Below the pieces are notes generated by a model, which saw only the letters and a program-made list of their open reading frames with translations, had not been told where the DNA came from and searched no databases. This document shows positions 26,494-37,026 of a DNA stretch of 64,000 nt, one piece after another. The stretch's first letter is position 1. Each line of letters begins with the position of its first letter. The DNA is from Pseudovirgaria hyperparasitica (Eukaryota). Location: assembly GCA_010093815.1 (NCBI GenBank), contig ML996568.1; one strand, 5' to 3'. A program made the translations under genes and the position numbers.

Positions 26494-27802
26494 ATGACCA
26501 CTACCCACCATTCCGTCGAGTATGCAGAGGAGGCTCCTCACCTCGTGAACAAGGCGGCGCCAAGAGTATGTCTCTAAAATAAAGCTTCCATTTATTTGAC
26601 CTGACTTTGATTTGCAGATCTCTTATTTTACTCCAGCGCAAGAACCTCCGTCAGGCACTGCTTTGGACGAGAACGTTCCGAAACTCTTCAAGCCCCTGAA
26701 AATACGAGGCCTCACGCTTCAAAACCGTATCGCTCTGTCGCCTCTCTGTCAATATTCCGCCGAAGATGGACATTTTACCGATTGGCACTTGGCACACTTG
26801 GGCGGCATCATTTCCCGCGGCCCAGGCATTGCTATCTTTGAGGCTACTTCTGTAACTCCACAAGGCCGTATCACTCCAGAAGATTCCGGTTTGTGGCAAG
26901 ATTCACAGATTGCACCACTGAAAAGGGTGGTGGACTTCGCACACTCTCAGAACCAGAAGGTGGCCATTCAGTTGGGACACGCCGGTCGCAAGGCATCTAC
27001 CGTTGCCCCGTGGTTATCATCTGGTGCCGTAGCAGGCCCAGAACTGAATGGCTGGCCAGACGATGTATATGCTCCATCTGCAATCCCGTTCAACGAACAC
27101 CACGCCACTCCCAAGGCTATGACACTCCAAGACATCCAAGACTTTAAGACCGCATATCTCAAGTCTGTCAACAGGGCTCTGAAAGCTGGTTTCGACGCCA
27201 TCGAGATTCACAACGCTCATGGCTATTTACTCCATGAGTTTCTGTCCCCAGTCTCCAACCAACGTACCGATCAGTACGGTGGATCTTTCGAAAACCGCGT
27301 CCGTCTAACCCTTGAAGTTGTGTCCATGGTCCGCAATGCGATTCCTGAGGACATGCCCCTGTTTCTCCGCATATCAGCGACCGACTGGCTCGAAGAGACC
27401 GAACTCAAGGATCAGTCTTGGAGGGTAGAAGACACGATCCGTCTTGCACCACTCCTCGCCGCGCGAGGTGTAGACCTCCTCGATGTATCTTCCGGAGGCC
27501 TACATCCTCTTCAACACCCACACACTGGGCCAGCATACCAATCTCCGTTTGCAAAGGCAGTGAAGGAGAAGGTTGGCGATAAGATGCTGGTTTCTACAGT
27601 TGGGTCCATTACGGAGGGTAAACAGGCGAACCAACTGCTTGAGGATGGACTCGATGTTGTCATTGCTGGCCGTATCTTCCTGAAAAACCCAGGTTTGGTG
27701 TGGGCTTGGGCAGAAGAGCTTGGTGTGGAGATTAACAAGGCCAATCAAATCCGCTGGCCCTTTGGTGGGCGTGGGAAGAAGGCTGGTGCGCATAAGAAAT
27801 GA
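26494..27802 (+). CDS. NADH:flavin oxidoreductase / old yellow enzyme family, 2 exons
   Basis: Exon 1 is 26494-26565 and the intron is 26566-26617. NRIALSPLCQYS, QLGHAGRKAS, EIHNAHGYLLHEFLSPVSNQRTDQYGGSFENR. TATAAA at 26336. Confidence 0.95.
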
Positions 27803-28405
27803 AGAGTGGTAGGAAACATTATAGAGTGTCTTAGATCGAACAGAGCATAGAAGAACAGCGCGTCGAATTCAAAGTAACAATGTAAAGAATATTAGCCTTC
27901 ATAGACCTAGCTGCGTTCCATGACTGTTTCCGCAAAGTGAGTGCACAACTGAATCAGGCAATGCTCTTCAGTGCGCCAACCATGCGCCTTGCTCTTCCGG
28001 CGGGCATTTTCAGCGCGTCGGGAATAATCGCCATGCGCAGCATCTCGCGATTGACATGGCGACGCGCAATCGAAGGCGAATTCGAAAGCTTGTAGTTTCT
28101 CAGTAAGCCAGGCGAGTGTTGAGTGAGTGATAATTAGTGATAGTGATGGGATAGACATGAGCTTGCAGCTTGGCTCCTTTAGCACAGCCACTCGCTGCCT
28201 TCGCCGCGTCCGCGTCACCCGATTTGCATCATCCAGGTCGCCCCGCCAGTCCAGCCCCAAGGCAGGAGACCGCCCGAGGATTGCTCCAGCGAGTTCATAT
28301 TACCTATTAACTCAGCATCCACCTGTATCTACACTTCTCACTACTTCTCACTACCTCACTCACTCCCTCTCCTCTCTCATATCAACGTTTTATAATCTCT
28401 TCATA

Positions 28406-29868
28406 ATGCCCATGGGAATTAATAACCCTTTGCCCTCTTCCATGAGGAGTATGTACCTATGACGTTCCAGCCTGAGCTCTGCTGACATCCTTGCAGGCGA
28501 ATGCAAGAAGAGCGGAAAGATTTTGGCAAGCTTTGTAGACCCAAGGCAAGCATTTGGTCCAGACAAGATTATACCACCACAGATTCTGGCAAATGCGAAG
28601 GTATGTCGGCATATACTCCATGGGTTTAGGATGAGTCTTGAGCAGCTCCACGTCATATTCGCACAGCGTTGTGACACTGCCTCTATGGCTTAATGAAAGT
28701 CTGCTTGACTTGGAGAGATCTGCTAACACGCACGCTCTAGGGTCTGGCTATCATCACAGTTTTTAAAGCTGGCTTTCTTGGCTCTGCGCGGTTCGGCTCC
28801 GGTGTCGTCGTCGCTCGTCTCGCGGACGGGACTTGGTCTGCCCCATCGGCAATCGGAACAATAGGAGGAGGCTTCGGAGGACAGATTGGCTTCGAACTTA
28901 CCGACTTCGTTTTTATACTGAACGACGCTGCAGCCGTACGCACATTCGCGCAAGCTGGCTCTCTCACACTAGGAGGAAACGTTTCCATCGCCGCTGGTCC
29001 TGTCGGAAGGAACGCAGAAGCAGCAGGCGCGGCGAGTTTGAAGGGTGTAGCAGGCATATTCGCATACTCCAAGACCAAGGGATTGTTTGCTGGCGTGTCA
29101 CTAGAAGGCAGTGGACTGATCGAGCGACGCGATGCAAACGAGAAACTGTATGGCCGAAGATGGACGGCAAGGGAATTGCTAGGTGGCAGTGTCCCAGTCC
29201 CTCCGGCCGCTGAACCGCTTATGAGAGTACTCAATTCAAGGATCTTCTCCGGCGTTGCTGGCTCTGCGGCTGCCAATGATCCTATGTACAACGATATTCC
29301 AGTCTATGACGACCGTCACGAGGATGTTGTTTGGCAAGGCAAACAAGGCTCAGCATATGGTGAAGGAGTAAGATCCGATCGTACTGGTGGAGGGGCATCC
29401 GGCGACTACGAATACAGCGACAATCCCAAACCTTCGAGGGCCAGTACTTGGGCGGATGACGTATACGACAGGACTCCAGGCAGTGGAGGCTTGAATCGCT
29501 CCAACACTACACGTGCAAACCCCCACGAGACTTTCGATCAGATGGAGAGACGCACCAGGAGTAACAGTGAATTTTCAAACAAGCCAGGCAGACCGACGGC
29601 CCCGAAGCCAATGTTTGGGGCGAAGAAAGCATCACTGGGCGCTGATCAAGCAATCGCAAAATTCACATTCGAGGCAGATCAGCCTGGCGATCTTGGCTTT
29701 AAGAAGGGCGATATTATCACTATTGTCAAAAGAACAGAGAGCGAGACAGATTGGTGGACTGGAAAGATTGGCAATCGGGAGGGCATTTTCCCCAGGTATG
29801 GCCTCCCATGCAATTATCACATTGCCTACTAACCGTAATGCTATAGCAACTATGTTGAGACCGTCTGA
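28406..29868 (+). CDS. YSC84: YSC84/LSB3-family actin-binding protein (SYLF/DUF500 + SH3), 4 exons
   Basis: MGINNPLP, IIPPQILANAKGLA, GSARFGSG, WSAPSAIG, GLFAGVSLEG and SH3 motif DLGFKKGD...DWWTG...GIFPSNYVE. Introns 28449-28496, 28601-28740 and 29796-29846. Confidence 0.92.
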
Positions 29869-30945
29869 TCCCGTTCTATCACGATAATCTACTTTCTGAA
29901 TCCTTTTCTTCCCCTTATATTTCAGCCTTTGCTTGGGTTACGTTTTGTTGGATATCCAGATTCCCAGTCAAAATCGTCGATGTTTGCTTTGTCTTGAATG
30001 GCAGTATTAGCATGGCGTTGATTCGTTAGATCTGACTATTATTATATGCAGTCCACTACACAAAACCTTTCCGTTTTACTTCACGCGTAGGACCACAGGC
30101 CCATGACCCGGGGCCGATTGTAGGCCATGGGTATGACAGTTCGGAGGGGTTCACATGAAAGGATTGCATACATCCATTGCCATTATGAAAAGAAAGAGGA
30201 AGCATACTATCAGTAGCGCTGAACACAGTTTTACCTAAATCGGACCGATAGTCCCTTCTTTCTTTGTTGTCAATGACTCGCGACTTCCTCACAAGATCTT
30301 TAAGATCTTGATTGTAATTGAAAGATCTCGTATACCAATCTATTTTCATATTTTGCACACAAGTAGAGCTACACTCTACGTAGGCTCTTCATTTCCTTCG
30401 CATCATCTTACCCTAGTGAACATTTTCTATATAACTTCGAACACCATCTCACGACATAGTCAACCTTCTTATCTACCTAAAAGTCCGAGAGAAACCTCAT
30501 CCTACGACCTTTTCTACCTAACAAAAAGTCCGTAATATTACCTCAGTCTCCGAACACTGGTAAAAGTAACAGGGATCTGCGCTCGGACGGGATACGGCCT
30601 CGCTGTTTGGTGGAGTCTGGTGGAGTCTGGTGTGTCTTTGGACCCTTTTGAACACGACGTTTCACACACAGGTCCGCTTATACACTGGATATGTACATTC
30701 ACTTTGTTCATACTGATGACAGCTTGCTAACCTTCCGGCCGAAGCAGAACCGAGACTTCGCACAACACTGCCAAATAAAAAAACTTTTGTCGCTCCTCTT
30801 TGCTTTTTCAACTACATCTTCCTTTTCCTTTCGTTAGCTGTCACTCCTTCAGCCAGTCACTGGTCTAGACACTCCTTTTACCTCGATTACATACACCCAA
30901 AAGCTCACTGTCAAATTCGTGACTTCCTGTACTCAGTCGAACATC

Positions 30946-32149
30946 ATGTTGACTCGGTTTGTGTCCCGTTTGGCTACGCGCTCGAGAGGATCCGCAGTAG
31001 CCAGCCGTGCTCTCTCCCCAGCTTCCTTCCGGGCGATTTCTCCTGGTCTCTCTCGTAGCCTCCACACTGTCGAGAGCAAGGCCCACCTGGAGAAGGTTGC
31101 TAAAGACTCGGTCCCGCTTGTCACCTTCGAGCAAGGAGAGCGTAAGGAGCAAATGCTTCACGTCGATCCTCAGCCGGTTACTTCTACCGTGCAAGATTCC
31201 CAGACTGCTGCCCAGCCCTTTGATGGCTCTGTGTTTCAAAACTTGACGCCGACTATGGCTAAGTTCACTCTCATCGGCAGGGTTGCTATCATTACAGGGT
31301 AAGTAAAGTTCTCATGATCCAGCGAAACTCACGGGATCATATGTGCTAAGGGGACAACAGAGGAGGTCGTGGTCTAGGCTTAAACATGGCTCAGGCTCTC
31401 GCTGAAGTTGGCGTGCGTGGCATTGCCATCCTTGATGTCCAGCCCGATATAGGAGAGGCTGCTGCACAAAAGCTCAGCGAAGACACTGGTATTGATGTAC
31501 GATTCTATAGCGTTGATGTTCGTGACGAGGACGGCATCTCTGAGGCTATTGAAAACGCTGCGTCTCACTTCGGTCAGATCGATATTTTGATCAACTCTGC
31601 TGGAATTGCCGAGTAAGCTTACAGTTTGAGCCTGCAGACAATTTTCTATCGATGCTAATACACGTGTCCAGCTCCAATATCAAGGCTGAGACCTATAATG
31701 TCGACATGTGGCGTCGCCTCATAGACATCAATGTGACCGGGAACTTTCTCGTTGCACAGGCTGTAGCCCGCAAGATGATCTCCTCTGGAAACGGTGGCTC
31801 CATCATCAACATTGCCTCGATGTCTGGATCTGTCGTAAACTACCCCCAGGAGCAGTCTTGTTACAACGCGTCCAAGGCTGGCGTCATCCAGATGACCAAG
31901 TCCCTGGCAACTGAATGGGCTCGCTACGGCATACGCGTAAACGCCATCTCCCCCGGTTACATGGACACTGCACTGAACCGCGTCCCAGCTCTTGAAGCCC
32001 AGAAGAAGATCTGGATTGACCATACCCCGCAGAAGAGACTTGGTGGTGTCGCGGATCTTAATGGTCTTGCAGTTTATTTGGCCAGTGATGCGAGCGCGTA
32101 CATGACGGGCAACAACTGTGTCATTGATGGTGGATATACCCTCTGGTGA
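30946..32149 (+). CDS. Short-chain dehydrogenase/reductase (D-arabinitol 2-dehydrogenase / sorbose reductase-like), 3 exons
   Basis: Spliced TGGGRGLG cofactor motif, NSAGIA, IASMSG, YNASK, VNAISPGYM and IDGGY. Introns 31299-31360 and 31613-31671. Confidence 0.9.
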
Positions 32150-33131
32150 ATGTATGCTCTTGTTAGTTTCCCTGTTTCCTTGGCCCTGGACAGCTTGGCT
32201 TAGATCGGAGTGCGGCGCTAGGAACTGGGGCGTACTGGATAGAGATCATGGTCATCTTTGGGCTGCTAGAATAGGGGGTCTTGGGTCAGCCGAATAGATG
32301 CATTAGAATTCGATGGACACCAGTGTAGTGTCTATATCTAAACCTATTATTCCTATGTGGCTTTATTGTGCTGATTTATACCTGTAATCGTATGACTGTG
32401 GTTCGACGCTGTGATTCGTGATTCTTTGTATGTGAGTTAGCAACAGCCCGCCCTAAAGCGATATTATACTCAAACGCATCGACTAAATCGTTTCATAATA
32501 ATCCCCATGATCTGATGTCTGATGTTACCCATTGATACAGTATGTAAGTACCCATAGCACGATATCATAGAACATCACACGATCATGTGTCAATATTTCA
32601 TAAATAACTGACTATATCACTCACAAACGAATACATCTCCGTCGAAGTGAGGAGCGGATCATGAGGTGTTCACCGGATAGTGGGCACTGTCAGGATAACG
32701 GACGCTCGATATAAACCGTTTGGTGGTAGCTTTGGAACTCTGTTCTAGGATGAATGAATGATTTGCGAGGGTACCTTTCTCCGAGCTCACTCAGAGCTAT
32801 CATTGTGTTGCGTTGTTATCTCGAGATGTGTAGCGGCTAATGGAATCAACTCGCTGGCAAAGATCTTGGTATTGTGTCTTTGTGATAAACCCTATCCATT
32901 AATTCCACCATACTGTGCTACCTATCAGCGGTGCCGCGTATCGGAGGGGGTTGCTACATGGTTGTTAACGCAACTGGACAGAACGCCGAGAGAACACTCC
33001 ATGAGCCAATGCCGTCCGAAGTGCAAAATAACAAACGCCATGCCGTGCTATGGTATATAATACATCAAGTTCCAAACCGGACTTCTGGGCCGAGCTTTCC
33101 AATACATAGTACATGGTACATAGTACGTCGT

Positions 33132-33712
33132 TCAGACCTTGTCCTTGCCATTGCCCACCCCGCCCAGTACGACCATGGGGTTTCTTGAGATCGGCCCAAA
33201 CTGCGGAGGGACTACATGGTACCAGGGCACGCCCTCTTGGCCACCATCTCCATTCAGTGATTCTGTGATCAAAGCTTCCAGCTCCTGCTGCTGCGCCGCC
33301 TCATCGGAGCCATGCGAGCTTGCTGTACCACCCTCTTTCTTCCTGCGTCTCGACGGGAACAGCTCTGCGAACAGGCGCGGGTAATCGGGTGCCATTTTGG
33401 AGGGCATGTCAGGATGGTCGGGCTGCGAGACGTCGATCAGCTTGTCCGAGGTTTGCGCGCAGATGCGCTCGAGAGCGTCGCGTTGGCGGCGGATTTCTTC
33501 GGGGTCGGGTTGGTGGCCGTTGAGTTGGGGGTTGTGATTGATGCTGCCGTAGCCGGGCTGGTAGTGGTCGTTGAGGAGTTGTGATGTGTCAGAGGGCTGT
33601 GTGAGAGGTTATTGGAAGGTCTTGTGAGGTTTCTTTGGGTACGGGGGCGCAACGATACATCTGAGGTAGATTCGTGCCGGTTGAGGCCCAGACAGGACGC
33701 GCAGATTCCCAT
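33132..33712 (-). CDS. LAMTOR1/Ego1(Meh1)-like lipid-anchored vacuolar adaptor, 2 exons
   Basis: MGICASCLG start (myristoylation Gly plus two Cys). Intron 33658-33597 gives DTSQLL (dileucine-like), YGS and EEIRRQRDALERICAQTSDKLIDVS. Confidence 0.72.
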
Positions 33713-36681
33713 GATGGTATCCATTCATAGAAGCGCAAGTGAGATCTTGCTTTAAAGGTTTGATAGTCAGAGCATGTCGAGCTTGTAGTGTCAGAGTTTG
33801 AATGCGCTTGCGTAGGATTTGAGCTTCAACATCACCTCACCTGTAGACTATAGTGACACAAGACAGCGCCAAGATAATTGCTGCCTCAGGCTTCCATTAC
33901 GTATCTCATCCTTCACAGATCGGGACTAGGTGAGCTTTCCGCGGTCACATAACACATAATTTGGATTGATTGATAGCTATCGCGAGGAGCAGAGTAACTT
34001 GGGTGAAGATCTCTTGAGGATTACCAAGAGCACGCGTTGCGAGTACTGCAGCTGACGAATACATCGATCGTCAATTCCCGACTTAATTACGAAAAGTCTA
34101 GGGTTTCACCATGCGTATCAGCATTTCTAGATTAGAAGAGTCTCTCAATGTGTCCCCATGAGCGGTGATACAGTATGAAACCGTGAAGCCCTCGTATCAA
34201 TATATATGCTTGACTTCTATCTACCGTAGCGAATCAAGCATCGTGTCAGTAGCGGAAGCACAGACAGACCAAAGCCACAAACCCTAATATCGCGACAAGG
34301 TATCCATCCTTGTCAGTGTACAAATTGATATCAGATGAGGTCTACCATTCGATTTCAAGACGCTATTTTCGTTCCTAGGGGCTGAGCTTCTCGCCGATAC
34401 CTTGGTACTGGCTCAAGGAGAGAGACATCCAAAACATACGCCATTGTGTATTGATACAATTCGTGTTGCTCAGAAATGAGTATTGGTCTGACACCCTGTT
34501 GCTCGAGGAGTAGGTTGGCCCAGATCTACGAGAAAGGTCTACTGGCATAGAAGTCTAAAGCTTGGCGTAGTGGTGAATCACCGTGCATATTTGGTTGCTG
34601 CAATGACGGGTGGAAGACCATCACCTGGAAACAACGGGTACCTTTTGGGGAAGCATTATGTGATCGTGACCGAGGTATATGTATCGAACATTAGCAGAGC
34701 AGCCCAGCTGCACAAAGTCCGGCGCTAAATCCAGGAATCCAAGTTTTTTGACCAGAGCTTTAAAAGTTCAGCAGCCAATCATCGCTGGAACCGAAATACT
34801 CGCGGTTCAGATTGACAGCAAAGACCGGGCTCGATTTTACGTGGCACAGGTAGGCATCTTTTGCGTAATCCTAGCCCGCCATCTGTACAGACATGTCGCA
34901 TGGGCGCCTGTTGCCGGTGAATGAGAATCTGACACTTCATGAGATGCAATGCGACTTCATGCAGTCAGCAAGCGATATACGGATTATGAGCGCTAATTGG
35001 TTGTACCCTCTCCTTCTTTGGCACGTAGCTTTTGTGCTCATTAGACAATACATGTGAGGCCCTCGGAGCTCAAGTGCAGTTGGCCAGAATGTAAATTGGA
35101 GGACAGTCTTTCGGCGGTTCCGTACATAGACGACGTGGCTATAAACCATGGGTGGTCTAAATCTCCCTCAGTCAGCTGTTACTGCATTGAAAGTATTTCG
35201 CACCACTATGTCACCGACTTAGCCAAATGAATATTGACAAAGACCAGCTCCTTTGTCTATAAGAATCGAATTGTTGAGAAGGTGCTGGTCAGTCCCAACA
35301 CCACCTATACTGGAGCGATGAGACGCAGTCTGCTCCGCGAGACAGATCCTCGAACATCCAAGGAGTGGTCGCAAGTAGCCGATCTCTCGTAATATCCTTC
35401 TGCCAGGAGTAACGATCGCCTTCCAATCAACATGACCGAGCGCGTAATTCTGTGTCCTGGTCATCAATCCGGGCGAGGTGAGAATTTCTATGGCCGTCGT
35501 TGGAAACTCGACTAGGTCCATTGACAGGCTGCCACGTGTTCCGACTCGAACGCTGGTACGAAGGGGAGAAGACATCTTAAGCATACCTCACGGCCACATT
35601 CTTGACCTGAGCAGATGTTGAACATCCCCTACATCAAGGTGTAAGGACAACTATTCAGAAAAGAGCCGAGCATGCTGGGAAGAGACAGATGCGAGCGTGA
35701 CTTTGGGAGTATTAAGAGACGCAAGAATGAGATGAAACGTCGAACAATGGAGATGATGCGGTCGACCAGGTTCCAGATAAAATCAACAAGGGTCCCACTG
35801 CTCGTAACATAGCAGGAATAGAAGACTCTGTACGAACGATACAAAAATTACGAGAGAAGGAAAGAAAGAGTTATGATCCCCGATGGCTTGTAGCAGTTGT
35901 TGGCACGGGGACAGACAAAATGTGCAGGTCATGGATTTATTACAACAAGGGATGATGAAAGATGAGGAAGAGCAGCACAAAGATGTTATAGTCAAAAGAT
36001 GTATGCGGCGTAATGCATCGCCCAGCCCACACAGCGGCTTTAGTGTTGTTGCCTAGCACTGAACTGGTGGTGTGGAAAGAGCCGCCCCGATCTTTCGGCA
36101 GCGGCAAAAGTTTGTTCCGGCGACCGAAACCGCGACCGACCCCACCTCTGACCAACTGATTCCATCATTCTTTCAAACACCAACGCCGCGCTGGATGGTC
36201 ATAGTCCGTACGTATTTGACCATTCTTCAAACTCTTCTCGACAATGTGGATACATAATGATGATGGCAACGAGACATGCAAGCGCTTAAGTGGGCGAGGC
36301 GGCGCTCAAAGCTCTGTCTCGGCGCTACCGCAATTCGCGACGCGACAAAAGATTGGATCAGTCCAGCCCCTCCTGAGCTTCTGAGCGCCTACATCACGAC
36401 GACCATCTTCACGAGCCAATCGGAGATACTAAGAAAGTCGTTTCATCATTACGCTTGCTAAAGCTAACAATCATTTGAAGCATGATATGCTTGTAAAAGG
36501 TACCATGAACAGTCTCCTTGCTCCTTCAATCGTCATTCTTGTTCCAAGTCAACGCCATTTCTTTCCATAACTCAAAGCGAGTGGACTTCGTCTTTCACAC
36601 CCTACTGAAGGCGTATGAAAGAATGATGTACATGAAACGGCAACCAGTCGTTCCCATCCGTTCAGCAAACTTTCTGGTCTC

Positions 36682-37026
36682 TCAATGGGCACTGCCGATC
36701 CCTTGCAATCTGCGACTTCTTTCGCAGCCCAGTTCATAGATTTCAGAGTCCAGTAGACGAATTATATCTGTGGATTTCTCGATGGAGGCTCTGAACTTGC
36801 TACCTTCACGGTTCCACCGACTGATTCGTTCGACCTCGGCCTGTCGTCGACGCATCTTTGTATCGATCTTCTCGCACAGCTTGCATTTCTGGCCAACCGG
36901 GTAGGTTTGCATGACCAGTTTCATACCACAGGTTTCTCCCATTCGGTATTCCCGGTTGCAATGCTGGCGGAAATGTCCCCATTTCCAATCGCCGCAGACG
37001 AAACGGTGCTGATCGAAGAAGCACAT
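36682..37026 (-). CDS. Small Cys/His-rich protein of unknown function (putative zinc-binding N-terminus plus amphipathic helices)
   Basis: 114-aa ORF in AAAATG context. Pattern C-x4-H-x3-C...C-x9-C...C-x2-C followed by charged helices. Two canonical introns in the 5' UTR support transcription. Confidence 0.8.
   Translation of the reverse strand: MCFFDQHRFVCGDWKWGHFRQHCNREYRMGETCGMKLVMQTYPVGQKCKLCEKIDTKMRRRQAEVERISRWNREGSKFRASIEKSTDIIRLLDSEIYELGCERSRRLQGIGSAH

Noticed and set aside
30460..30635. Imperfect direct repeats (TCTACCTAA...AAGTCCG twice; TGGTGGAGTC twice)
   Set aside because: Only two copies each, with no terminal inverted repeats or target-site duplication; likely slippage.
24300..32149. 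P450, old yellow enzyme and SDR as a secondary-metabolite cluster
   Set aside because: No PKS, NRPS, terpene synthase, transporter or pathway transcription factor, and the housekeeping gene YSC84 interrupts the run.
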